A stretch of 64,000 nucleotides of DNA from the human T2T-CHM13v2.0 reference genome, Homo sapiens. The notes under the pieces were generated by a model that did no database searches, had not been told where the DNA came from, and was given only the letters and a program-made list of their open reading frames with translations. How positions within the stretch are numbered: the first letter of the stretch is position 1; each line of letters opens with the position of its first letter. Of this stretch, positions 27,701 through 42,700 are shown one piece after another. The translations under genes were made by a program, and so were the position numbers. The DNA lies in assembly GCF_009914755.1 (NCBI RefSeq), contig NC_060939.1. One strand, 5' to 3'.

Positions 27701-30700
27701 GATGCCACTCCATACTATTGTATTTCATTCGATTCCATTCTATTCAAATAAATTCCATTCGAGACCATTCGTTTCGGGTCCATTCTATTTGAGTCCATTC
27801 CATTTGAGTCCATTACATTTGGGTCCATTCCATTCAATTCCATTGCAATCCATTCCATTCGATGTCACCCCATTCATTTCTATTCCATTAGAGTCCATGT
27901 CATTCGAGTCCATTCCATTCTATTCCATTCCACTCCATTCCATTCCATTCCACTCCATTCCATTCGTTGCCGTTCCGTTCAATTCTATTATATTCCACTC
28001 CATTTAATTCCATTCCATTCCATTCCATTCCATTCTATCCAATTCCGTTCCATTCTATTCCTTTAAAGTCCATTCCATTCCATTCCATTCATTTCCATTC
28101 CATTCGAGTAAAGTCCACTCCAGTCCTTTCCATTCGAGTCCATTCCTCTCCAGTCCATTCCGTTCAATCCATTCCATTCCAGTCCATTCCATTCGAGTCC
28201 GTTCCATTCCAGTCCGTTCCATTCGAGTCAATTCCATTCCATTTGATATCTTTCCATAACGATCCATTCCATTCTATTCCTTTCAATTCCATTCAATTCC
28301 ATTCCATTCCATTTCATTCCATTCGATTCCCTTCCATTGGACTCCTTTCCATTCGAGTGCATTCCATTCCGTTCCATTTCTTTCTGTTCTGTATGATACC
28401 TACTGTTCGATTTCACTTTGTTCCAGTCTATTCCTTTCACGTTCATTCCATTCCACTTCACTCCATTCGATTCCATTCCACTCGATTCCACTCCGTTCCA
28501 TTTCACTGCATTCCATTCTATTCAATTCTATTGCATTCCATTCCATTCCATTTGATTACATTCCATGCGATTCCATTCGAATTCGAATCAATTACATTGC
28601 AATCCATTACTATTGAGTCCGTTTTATTCCAGTCCACTCCATTCTGGTCCATTCCATTTGATTCCATGCCATTCTATTCCATTCCATACAGTTGCATTCC
28701 ATTGGATTCCATTCTATATCTATAAATTCAATTCGAGACCATTGCTTTTGAGTCCATTCTATATGATTCCATTCCATTCAAGTCCATTACATTTGGTTCA
28801 ATTCCATTCCATTCCATTCCCTTCCATTCCATTCCTTTTGATATCAACCCATTCGATTCCATTCCATTCGAGCACATTCCATTCGAGTCCATTCCATTCG
28901 ATGCCATTCCATTTGATTCTATTCCATTAGTCTCCATTCAATTCCACTAATTTCCATTCCATTCCATTCTACTCCACCTGATTCCATTCCATTCTATTCC
29001 TTTCCATTCCATTTCATTCCATTCCATTCCATTCGCTTCCATTCCATTCGTGTCCATTCCACTCCAGTCCATTCCATTCGTGTCCATTCCATTCCAGTCC
29101 ATTCCATTTGTCTCCACTGCATTCCATTCCACTCCCTTCCATATTATTCCATTACAATCCATTCCATTCTATTACTTTCATTTCCATTCAATTCCATTCC
29201 ATTTGACTCCATTCCACTCGGTTTCATTCCATTTGAGTCCATTCCATTCCATTCCATTCCATGCCATTCCATTCCATTCCATTCCATTCCATTCCATTCC
29301 ATTCAGTTCCATTCCATTCCATTTCATTCCATTCTGTACCATTCCATATTGTTCCATTCGATTCCATTCGAATCCATTCCATTCCAGTCCATTCCATTCG
29401 ATTCCATTCCATTCATTTCAATTCCATTCCATTCCATTCCATTCCACTTGATTCCACTCCATTCCCTTCCATTGCATTCCATTCGATTCCATTCCATTGC
29501 ATTGCATTCCATTCCATTGGATTGCATTCCATTCGATTCCATTCCATTCCAATCAATTACATAGCAATCCATTACATTCGAGTCTATTCTATTCCGTTCC
29601 ATTCGATTTCGTTCCAATCCATTCGATTCCATTCCATTCGATTCCATTCCATACTATTGCATTCCATTCGATTAAATTATATTCGAATAAATTCCATTCA
29701 AGACCATTTCTGTTGAGTCCATTCTACTTGAGTCCATTCCCTTTGATCCCATAACATTTGAGTCCATTCAATTCCATTCCTTTCGTTTCCATTCCATTTG
29801 ATGCCATTCCATTCAATTCTGTTCTACTCGACTCCAATACATTCAATTCCATTTCATCCGATTCCATTACATTCTTTTCATTTCTTATCCATTTCAAGCC
29901 ATTCCATTCCATTCCATTCCATTCCATTCCACTCGTTTCCTTTCCATTCGAGTCCATTCCACTCCAGTCCATTCCATTCGAATCCATTTCACTCCAGTCC
30001 ATTCCATTCGAATCCATTTCACTCCAGTCCATTAAATTCGAGTACATTCCATTCCATTCTATTCAATGCCATTCCATTCGATTCTATTCCATTCGACACC
30101 ATTCCTTTCCATTCCGTTCCATCCGATTCCATTCCATTGTATTCCATTCAATTCCATTCCATTGCATTCCATTCCATTCCAATCCTTTCCATTCCATTCG
30201 AATTCATTCCACTCAAGTCCATTCCATTCGAGTCCATTCCATTCCAGTCCATTCCAACAGAGTCCATTGCTTTCCATTCCATTCGATATCTTCCCATTAC
30301 AGTCCATTCCATTCTTTTCCTTTGGTTCCCATTCAATTAAATTCCATTGGATTACATTTCATTCGATTCCATTCCATTCGACTCCATACCATTCGAGTCC
30401 ATTCCATTCCAGTCCTTTCCATTCGATTCCATTCCATTCGATACCATTCCACTCATTTCCACTCCGTTGCATTCCATTGCATTCCATTCCATTCCATTGG
30501 ATTACATTCCATTTGATTCCATTCCATTCAAATCAATTGCATTGCAATGCATTACATTCATGCCCTTTCTATTAAAGTCCAATCCATTATGGTCCATTCC
30601 ATTCAATTCCATTCTATTCCATTCCATTCGAATCAATTACATTGCAATCCATCACATTCGAGTGCGTTCTGTTCCAGTCCATTCAGTTCTGGTCTATTCC

Positions 30701-33700
30701 ATTCAATTCCATTCCCTTTGATTCCATTCCATTTTTGTACATTCCATTGGATTCCATCTTATTGAAATAAGTTCTATTCGAGACCATTTCTTCGAGTCCA
30801 ATCAATTTGAGTCCATTCCATTCGAGTCCATTACATCTGGGTCTATTCCATTCCATCCCATTCCGTTCGATGCCATTCAATTTGATTCTTTTCCATTCGT
30901 CTCCATTCCTTTCCATTCAGTTCCATCGGATTCCATTCCATTCTATTCCTTTCCATTTCATTGCATTCCATTCCATTCCCCTGGAGACCATTCCACTTCA
31001 GTGCATTCCATTCCAGTGTATTCCATTCCATTCCATTCCATTCCATTCGATATCTTTCCATTACACTCCATTCCATTGTATTCCTTTACAGTCCATTCAA
31101 TTCCATTCTATTCGATTCCATTCAATTCAATTCCATTACATTCGACTCCATTTCATTAGTGTCCATTGCAATCCATTCCTTTCCATTTCTTTATGTTCTA
31201 TTCCATTCCGTTCGATTCCATTTTATTCCAGTCCATTCCATTCGAGTCCATTGCATTCCAGTGCAATTCATTTGATTCCACTCCATTCGATTCCATTCCA
31301 CTCAATTCCACTCCGTTCCATTCCTTTGCGTTCCTTTCTATTCCATTCCATTGCATTCCATTCCATTCCATTCCATTCCATTCCATTCCATTTGTTTACA
31401 TTCCATTGAATTCCAATCCAGTTGAATCAATTACATTGCAGTCCATTACATTCGAGTCTGTTCTATCCCAGTTCATTCGATTCTGGTGCATTCCATTCGA
31501 TTCCATTCCATTCGATACCATTCCATACTATTGCAGTCCATTCCATTCCATTGTTTTCGAAACAATTCCAATTGAGACCATTCCTTTCGTGTCCATTCTA
31601 TTTGACTCCATTCCATTTGAGTCCATTAAATTTGTGCACATTCCATTCCTTTCCATTCCATTCCATTCGGTGCCATTCCATTCCACTCTATTCCATTCAA
31701 GTCCATTCCATTTGAGTCCATTCCATTCCATTCGATGCCATTACATTCAATTCTATTCCATTCCATTCCCTTCCAAACGATTCCATTCCATTCTATTACT
31801 TTCTATTCCAATCCATTCCATTCCGTTCCATTCGTTTCCATTCCATTTGAGTCCACTCCACTCCAGTCCATTCCATTCGAGTCCATTCCATTCCAGTCCA
31901 TTCCATTCAAGTCCATTCCACTGCATTCCATTCCATTCGATATCTTTCGATAACACCCCATTCCATTCTGTTCCTTACAATTCAATTCAATTCCATTCCA
32001 TTTGATTCCATTCCATTTGATTACATTCCATTCGACTCCATTCCATTCGACTCTATTCAATTCAAGTCCATTCCATTCCATACCATTGCATTCCGTTCGA
32101 ATCCCTATTCCATTCCATTTTGTTCCACTCCATTCCATTTGAGTCCATTCCATGCCAATCCATTCCATTCGATTCCATTCCAATTGATTCCATTGCACTC
32201 GAATCCAGTGCGTTCCATTCCATTGCTTTCCATTCTATTCCATTCCATTGCATTACATTCCATTCCATTTGATTCCATTCCATTCAATTCCATTAATTTC
32301 GAATCAATTACATTGCAATCCATTGCATTCGAGTTCTATTCCAGTCCATTGCATTCCGGCGCATTCCGTTCCATTCCATTCCATTCGATTCCATTCCATT
32401 CGAATCCATTGCATTGCAATGCTTTACATTCGAGTCCGTTTTATTCCAGTCCAATCCATTCCGGTCCGTTCCGTTCGATTCCATTTCATTCGATGCCACT
32501 CCATACTATTGTATTTCATTCGATAACATTCTATTCAAATAAATTCCATTCGAGACCATTCGTTTCGAGTCCATTATATTTGAGTCCATTCCATTTGAGT
32601 CCATTCCATTTGAGTCCATTACATTTGGGTCCATTCCATTCAATTCCATTGTAATCCATTCCATTCGATGTCACCCCATTCATTTCTATTCCATTAGAGT
32701 CCATGTCATTCGAGTCCATTCCATTCTATTCCATTCCACTCCATTCCATTCCATTCCACTCCATTCCATTCGTTGCCGTTCCATTCAATTCTATTATATT
32801 CCACTCCATTTAATTCCATTCCATTCCATTCCATTCCATTCTATCCAATTCCGTTCCATTCTATTCCTTTAAAGTCCATTCCATTCCATTCCATTCATTT
32901 CCATTCCATTCGAGTAAAGTCCACTCCAGTCCTTTCCATTCGAGTCCATTCCTCTCCAGTCCATTCCGTTCAATCCATTCCATTCCAGTCCATTCCATTC
33001 GAGTCCGTTCCATTCCAGTCCGTTCCATTCGAGTCAATTCCATTCCATTTGATATCTTTCCATAACGATCCATTCCATTCTATTCCTTTCAATTCCATTC
33101 AATTCCATTCCATTCCATTTCATTCCATTCGATTCCCTTCCATTGGACTCCTTTCCATTCGAGTGCATTCCATTCCGTTCCATTTCTTTCTGTTCTGTAT
33201 GATACCTACTGTTCGATTTCATTTAGTTCCAGTCTATTCCTTTCACGTTCATTCCATTCCATTTCACTCCATTCGATTCCATTCCACTCGATTCCACTCC
33301 GTTCCATTTCACTGCATTCCATTCTATTCAATTCTATTGCATTCCATTCCATTCCATTTGATTACATTCCATGCGATTCCATTCGAATTCGAATCAATTA
33401 CATTGCAATCCATTACTATTGAGTACGTTTTATTCCAGTCCACTGCATTCTGGTCCATTCCATTTGATTCCATTCCATTCTATTCCATTCCATACAGTTG
33501 CATTCCATTCTATATCTATAAATTCAATTCGAGACCATTGCTTTTGAGTCCATTCTATATGATTCCATTCCATTCAAGTCCATTACATTTGGTTGAATTC
33601 CATTCCATTTCATTCCCTTCCATTCCATTCCATTTGATATCAATCCATTCGATTCCATTCCATTCGAGCACATACCATTCGAGTCCATTCCATTCGTTGC

Positions 33701-36700
33701 CATTCCATTTGATTCTATTCCATTAGTCTCCATTCAATTCCACTAATCTCCATTCCATTCCATTCTACTCCAACTGATTCCATTCCATTCTATTCCTTTC
33801 CATTCCATTCCATTCCATTCCATTGCATTCCATTCCATTCGCTTTCATTCCATTCGTGTCCTTTCCACTCCAGTCCATTCCATTCGTGTCCATTCCATTC
33901 CAGTCCATTCCATTTGTGTCCACTGCATTCCATTCCACTCCATTCCATATTATTCCATTACACTCCATTCCATTTTATTACTTTCATTTCCATTCAATTC
34001 CATTCCATTTGATTCCATTCCACTCGGTTTCATTCCATTTGAGTCCATTCCATTCCATTCCATTCCATTCCATTCCATTCCATTCCATTCCATTCAGTTC
34101 CATTCTATTCTGTTCCATTCCATTCCATTCCATTCCATTCCATTCTGTACCATTCCATATTGTTCCATTCGATTCCATTCGAATCCATTCCATTCCAGTC
34201 CATTCCATTCGATTCCATTCCATTCCTTTCAATTCCATTCCATTCCATTCCATTCCACTTGATTCCACTCCATTCCCTTCCACTGCATTCCATTCGATTC
34301 CATTCCATTGCATTGCATTCCATTCCATTTGATTACATTCCATGCGATTCCATTCGAATTCGAATCAATTACATTGCAATCCATTACTATTGAGTCCGTT
34401 TTATTCCAGTCCACTCCATTCTGGTCCATTCCATTTGATTCCATTCCATTCTATTCCATTCCATACAATTGCATTCCATTGGATTCCATTCTATATCTAT
34501 AAATTCAATTCGAGACCATTGCTTTTGAGTCCATTCTATATGATTCCATTCCATTCAAGTCCATTATATTTGGTTGAATTCCATTCCATTCCATTCCCTT
34601 CCATTCCATTCCATTGGATATCAATCCATTCGAGTCCATTCCATTCGATGCCATTCCATTTGATTCTATTCCATTAGTCTCCATTCAATTCCACTAATCT
34701 CCATTCCATTCCATTCTACTCCAACTGATTCCATTCCATTCTATTCCTTTCCACTCCATTCCATTCCATTCGCTTCCATTCCATTCGTGTCCATTCCACT
34801 CCAGTCCATTCCATTCGTGTCCATTCCATTCCAGTCCATTCCATTTGTGTCCACTGCATTCCATTCCACTCCATTCCATATTATTCCATTACACTCCATT
34901 CCATTCTATTACTTTCATTTCCATTCAATTCCATTCCATTTGATTCCATTCCACTCGGTTTCATTCCATTTAAGTCCATTCCATTCCACTCCATTCCATG
35001 CCATGCCATTCCATTCCATTCCATTCCATTCCATTCCATTCCATTCCATTCCATTCCATTCTGTACCATTCCATATTGTTCCATTCGATTCCATTCGAAT
35101 CCATTCCATTCCAGTCCATTCCATTCGATTCCATTCCATTACTTTCTATTCCATTCCTTTCAATTCCATTCGATTCCATTCCATTCCACTTGATTCCACT
35201 CCATTCCCTTCCACTGCATTCCATTCGATTCCATTCCATTGCATTGCATTCCATTCCATTGGATTGCATTCCATTCGATTCCATTCCATTCCAATAAATT
35301 ACATAGCAATCCATGACATTTGAGTCTATTCTATTCCGTTCCATTCGATTTCGTTCCAATCCATTCGATTCCATTCCATTCGATTCCATTCCATACTATT
35401 GCATTCCATTCGATTAAATTATATTCGAATAAATTCCATTCAAGACCATTTCTGTTGAGTCCATTCTACTTGAGTCCATTCCCTTTGATCCGATAACATT
35501 TGAGTCCATTCAATTCCATTCCTTTCGTTTCCATTCCATTTGATGCCATTCCATTCAATTCTGTTCTACTCGACTCCAATACATTCAATTCCATTCCATC
35601 CGATTCCATTACATTCTTTTCATTTCTTATCCATTTCAAGCCATTCCATTCCATTCCATTCCATTCCACTCGTTTCCTTTCCATTCGAGTCCATTCCACT
35701 CCAGTCCATTCCATTCGAATCCATTTCACTCCAGTCCATTCCATTCGAATCCATTTCACTCCAGTCCATTAAATTCGAGTACATTCCATTCCATTCTATT
35801 CAATGCCGTTCCATTCGATTCTATTCCATTCGACACCATTCCTTTCCATTCCGTTCCATCTGATTCCATTCCATTGTATTCCATTCAATTCCATTCCATT
35901 GCATTCCATTCCATTCCAATCGTTTCCATTCCATTCGAATTTATTCCACTCAAGTCCATTCCATTCGAGTCCATTCCATTCCAGTCCATTCCAACAGAGT
36001 CCATTGCTTTCCATTCCATTCGATATCTTCCCATTACAGTCCATTCCATTCTATTCCTTTGGTTCCCATTCAATTAAATTCCATTGGATTACATTTCATT
36101 CGATTCCATTCCATTCGACTCCATTCCATTCGAGTCCATTCCATTCCAGTCCATTCCATTCGATTCCATTCCATTCGATTTCATTCCACTCATTTCCACT
36201 CCGTTGCATTCCATTGCATTCCATTCCATTCCATTGGATTACATTCCATTCGATTCCATGCCATTCGAATCAATTGCATTGCAATGCATTACATTCATGC
36301 CCTTTCTATTAAAGTCCAATCCATTATGGTCCATTCCATTCAATTCCATTCTATTCCATTCCATTCGAATCAATTACATTGCAATCCATCACATTCGAGT
36401 ACGATTTGTTCCAGTCCATTCTGTTCTGGTCTATTCCATTCAATTCCATTCCCTTTGATTCCATTCCATTTTTGTACATTCCATTGGATTCCATCTTATT
36501 GAAATAAGTTCTATTCGAGACCATTTCTTCGAGTCCAATCAATTTGAGTCCATTCCATTCGAGTCCATTACATCTGGGTCTATTCCATTCCATCCCATTC
36601 CGTTCGATGCCATTCAATTTGATTCTTTTCCATTCGTCTCCATTCCTTTCCATTCAGTTCCACCGGATTCCATTCCATTCTATTCCTTTCCATTTCATTG

Positions 36701-39700
36701 CATTCCATTCCATTCCCCTGGAGACCATTACACTTCAGTGCATTCCATTCCAGTGTATTCCATTCCATTCCATTCCATTCTATTCCATTCCATTCGATAT
36801 CTTTCCATTACACTCCATTCCATTGTATTCCTTTACAGTCCGTTCAATTCCATTCTATTCGATTCCATTCAATTCAATTTCATTACATTCGACTCCATTT
36901 CATTAGTGTCCATTGCAATCCATTCCTTTCCATTTCTTTATGTTCTATTCCATTCCGTTCGATTCCATTTTATTCCAGTCCATTCCATTCGAGTCCATTG
37001 CATTCCAGTGCAATTCATTTGATTCCACTCCATTCGATTCCATTCCACTCAATTCCACTCCGTTCCATTCCTTTGCGTTCCTTTCTATTCCATTCCATTG
37101 CATTCCATTCCATTCCATTCCATTCCATTCCATTCCATTTGTTTACATTCCATTGAATTCCAATCCAGTTGAATCAATTACATTGCAGTCCATTACATTC
37201 GAGTCTGTTCTATCCCAGTTCATTCAATTCTGGTGCATTCCATTCGATTCCATTCCATTCGATACCATTCCATACTATTGCAGTCCATTCCATTCCATTG
37301 TTTTCGAAACAATTCCAATTGAGACCATTCCTTTCGTGTCCATTCTATTTGACTCCATTCCATTTGAGTCCATTAAATTTGTGCACATTCCATTCCTTTC
37401 CATTCCATTCCATTCGGTGCCATTCCATTCCACTCTATTCCATTCAAGTCCATTCCATTTGAGTCCATTCCATTCCATTCGATGCCATTACATTCAATTC
37501 TATTCCATTCGACTCCATTCCATTCCATTCCCTTCCAAACGATTCCATTCCATTCTATTACTTTCTATTCCAATCCATTCCATTCCGTTCCATTCGTTTC
37601 CATTCCATTCGAGTCCACTCCACTCCAGTCCATTCCATTCGAGTCCATTCCATTCCAGTCCATTCCATTCAAGTCCATTCCACTCCATTCCATTCCATTC
37701 GATATCTTTCGATAACACGCCATTCCATTCTGTTCCTTACAATTCAATTCAATTCCATTCCATTTGATTCCATTCCATTTGATTACATTCCATTCGACTC
37801 CATTCCATTCGACTCTATTCCATTCAAGTCCATTCCACTCCATTCCATTTCATTCCATTCGATTCCCTTCCATTGGGCTCCTTTCCATTCGAGTGCATTC
37901 CATTCCGTTCCATTTCTTTCTGTTCTGTATGATTCCTACTGTTCGATTTCATTTTGTTCCAGTCTATTCCTTTCACGTTCATTCCATTCCATTTCACTCC
38001 ATTCGATTCCATTCCACTCGATTCCACTCCGTTCCATTTCACTGCATTCCATTCTATTCAATTCTATTGCATTCCATTCCATTCCATTTGATTACATTCC
38101 ATGCGATTCCATTCGAATTCGAATCAATTACATTGCAATCCATTACTATTGAGTCCGTTTTATTCCAGTCCACTCCATTCTGGTCCATTCCATTTGATTC
38201 CATTCCATTCTATTCCATTCCATAAAGTTGCATTCCATTGGATTCCATTCTATATCAATAAATTCAATTCGAGACCATTGCTTTTGAGTCCATTCTATAT
38301 GATTCCATTCCATTCAAGTCCATTACATTTGGTTCAATTCCATTCCATTCCATTCCCTTCCATTCCATTCCATTTGATATCAATCCATTCGATTCCATTC
38401 CATTCGAGCACATTCCATTCGAGTCCATTCCATTCGATGCCATTCCATTTGATTCTATTCCATTAGTCTCCATTCAATTCCACTAATCTCCATTCCATTC
38501 CATTCTACTCCAACTGATTCCATTCCATTCTATTCCTTTCCATTCCATTCCATTCCATTCGCTTCCATTCCATTCGTGTCCATTCCACTCCAGTCCATTC
38601 CATTCGTGTCCATTCCATTCCAGTCCATTCCATTTGTGTCCACTGCATTCCATTCCACTCCATTCCATATTATTCCATTACACTCCATTCCATTCTATTA
38701 CATTCATTTCCATTCAATTCCATTGCATTTGATTCCATTCCACTCGGTTTCATTCCATTTGAGTCCATTCCATTCCATTCCATTCCATTCCATTCCATTC
38801 CATTCCATGCCATTCCATTCCATTCCATTCAGTTCCATTCCATTCTGTTCCATTCCATTCCATTCCATTCCATTCTGTACCATTCCATATTGTTCCATTC
38901 GATTCCATTCGAATCCATTCCATTCCAGTCCATTCCATTCGATTCCATTCCATTCCTTTCAATTCCATTCCATTCCATTCCATTCCACTTGATTCCACTC
39001 CATTCCCTTCCACTGCATTCCATTCGATTCCATTCCATTGCATTGCATTCCATTCCATTGGATTGCCTTCTATCCCATTCCATTCCATTCCAATCAATTA
39101 CATAGCAATCCATTACGTTCGTGTCTATTCTATTCCGTTCCATTCGATTTCGTTCCAATCCATTCGATTCCATTCCATTCGATTCCATTCCATTCGATTA
39201 AATTATATTCGAATAAATTCCATTCAAGACCATTTCTGTTGAGTCCATTCTACTTGAGTCCATTCCCTTTGATCCGATAACATTTGAGTCCATTCAATTC
39301 CATTCCTTTCGTTTCCATTCCATTTGATGCCATTCCATTCAATTCTGTTCTACTCGACTCCAATACATTCAATTCCATTCCATCCGATTCCATTACATTC
39401 TTTTCATTTCTTATCCATTTCAAGCCATTCCATTCCATTCCATTCCACTCGTTTCCTTTCCATTCGAGTCCATTCCACTCCAGTCCATTCCATTCGAATC
39501 CATTTCACTCCAGTCCATTCCATTCGAATCCATTTCACTCAAGTCCATTAAATTCGAGTACATTCCATTCCATTCTATTCAATGCCATTCCATTCGATTC
39601 TATTCCATTCGACACCATTCCTTTCCATTCCGTTCCATCCGATTCCATTCCATTGTATTCCATTCAATTCCATTCCATTGCATTCCATTCCATTCCAATC

Positions 39701-42700
39701 GTTTCCATTCCAATCGAATTCATTCCACTCAAGTCCATTCCATTCGAGTCCATTCCATTCCAGTCCATTCCAACAGAGTCCATTACTTTCCATTCCATTC
39801 GATATCTTCCCATTACAGTCCATTCCATTCTATTCCTTTGGTTCCCATTCAATTAAATTCCATTGGATTACATTTCATTCGATTCCATTCCATTCGACTC
39901 CATTCCATTCGAGTCCATTCCATTCCAGTCCATTCCATTCGATTCCATTCCATTCGATTCCATTCCACTCATTTCCACTCCGTTGCATTCCATTGCATTC
40001 CATTCCATTCCATTGGATTACATTCCATTAGATTCCATTCCATTCGAATCAATTGCATTGCAATGCATTACATTCATGCCCTTTCTATTAAAGTCCAATC
40101 CATTATGGTCCATTCCATTCAATTCCATACTATTCCATTCCATTCGAATCAATTACATTGCAATCCATCACATTCGAGTACGTTCTGTTCCAGTCCATTC
40201 TGTTCTAGTCTATTCCATTCAATTCCATTCCCTTTGATTCCATTCCATTTTTGTACATTCCATTGGATTCCATCTTATTGAAATAAGTTCTATTCGAGAC
40301 CATTTCTTCGAGTCCAATCAATTTGAGTCCATTCCATTCGAGTCCATTACATCTGGGTCTATTCCATTCCATCCCATTCCGTTCGATGCCATTCAATTTG
40401 ATTCTTTTCCATTCGTCTCCATTCGTTTCCATTTAGTTCCACCGGATTCCATTCCATTCTATTCCTTTCCATTTCATTGCATTCCATTCCATTCCCCTGG
40501 AGACCATTCCACTTCAGTGCATTCCATTCCAGTGTATTCCACTCCATTCCATTCTATTCCATTCCATTCGATATCTTTCCATTACACTCCATTCCATTGT
40601 ATTCCTTTACAGTCCATTCAATTCCATTCTATTCGATTCCATTCAATTCAATTCCATTACATTCGACTCCATTTCATTAGTGTCCATTGCAATCCATTCC
40701 ATTCCATTTCTTTATGTTCTATTCCATTCCGTTCGATTCCATTTTATTCCAGTCCATTCCATTCGAGTCCATTGCATTCCAGTGCAATTCATTTGATTCC
40801 ACTCCATTCGATTCCATTCCACTCAATTCCACTCCGTTCCATTCCTTTGCATTCCTTTCTATTCCATTCCATTGCATTCCATTCCAATCCATTCCATTCC
40901 ATTTGTTTACATTCCATTGAATTCCAATCCAGTTGAATCAATTACATTGCAGTCCATTACATTCGAGTCTGTTCTATCCCAGTTCATTCGATTCTGGTGC
41001 ATTCCATTCGATTCCATTCCATTCGATACCATTCCATACTATTGCAGTCCATTCCATTCCATTGTTTTCGAAAAAATTCCAATTGAGACCATTCCTTTCG
41101 TGTCCATTCTATTTGACTCCATTCCATTTGAGTCCATTAAATTTGTGCACATTCCATTCCTTTCCATTCCATTCCATTCGGTGCCATTCCATTCCACTCT
41201 ATTCCATTCAAGTCCATTCCATTTGAGTCCATTCCATTCCATTCGATGCCATTACATTCAATTCTATTCCATTCGACTCCATTCCATTCCATTCCCTTCC
41301 AAACGATTCCATTCCATTCTGTTACTTTCTATTCCAATCCATTCCATTCCGTTCCATTCGTTTCCATTCCATTCGAGTCCACTCCACTCCAGTCCATTCC
41401 ATTCGAGTCCATTCCATTCCAGTCCATTCCATTCAAGTCCATTCCACTCCATTCCATTCCATTTGATATCTTTCGATAACACCCCATTCCATTCTGTTCC
41501 TTGCAATTCAATTCAATTCCATTCCATTTGATTCCATTCCATTTGATTACATTCCATTCGACTCCATTCCATTCGACTCTATTCCATTCAAGTCCATTCC
41601 ATTCCATTCCATTGCATTCCGTTCGAATCCCTATTCCATTCCATTTTGTTCCAGTCCATTCCATTTGAGTCCATTCCATGCCAATCCATTCCATTCGATT
41701 CCATTCCAATTGATTCCATTGCACTCGAATCCAGTGCATTCCATTCCATTGCTTTCCATTCTATTACATTCCATTGCATTACATTCCATTCCATTTGATT
41801 ACATTCCATTCAATTCCATTAATTTCGAATCAATTACATTGCAATCCATTGCATTCGAGATCTATTCCAATCCATTGCATTCCGGCGCATTCCGTTCCAT
41901 TCCATTCCATTCGATTCCATTCCATTCGAATCCATTGCATTGCAATGCTTTACATTCGAGTCCGTTTTATTCCAGTCCAATCCATTCCGGTCCATTCCGT
42001 TCGATTCCATTCCATTCGATGCCACTCCATACTATTGTATTTCATTCGATTCCATTCAATTCAAATAAATTCCATACGAGACCATTCGTTTCAAGTCCAT
42101 TCTATTTGAGTCTATTATATTTGGGTCCATTCCATTCAATTCCATTGCAATCCATTCCATTCGATGTCACCCCATTCATTTCTATTCCATTAGAGTCCAT
42201 GTCATTCGAGTCCATTCCATTCTATTCCATTCCACTCCATTACATTCCATTCCACTCCATTCCATTCGTTGCCGTTCCATTCAATTCTATTATATTCCAC
42301 TCCATTTAATTCCATTCCATTCCATTCCATTCCATTCCATTCCATTCCATTCCATCCAATTCCGTTCCATTCTATTCCTTTAAAGTCCATTCCATTCCAT
42401 TCCATTCATTTCCATTCCATTCGATTAAAGTCCACTCCAGTCCTTTCCATTCGAGTCCATTCCTCTCCAGTCCATTCCGTTCAGTCCATTCCATTCCAGT
42501 CCATTCCATTCGAGTCCGTTCCATTCCAGTCCGTTCCATTCGAGTCAATTCCATTCCATTTGATATCTTTCCATAACGATCCATTCCATTCTATCCCTTT
42601 CAATTCCATTCAATTCCATTCCATTCCATTTCATTCCATTCGATTCCCTTCCATTGGGCTCCTTTCCATTCGAGTGCATTCCATTCCGTTCCATTTCTTT

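Noticed and set aside
33340-37860. The adjacent +956 bp and -1002 bp HOR variants as reciprocal products of one unequal crossover
   Set aside because: They affect different, non-overlapping parts of the unit and lie in cis. The similar sizes reflect the subunit length.
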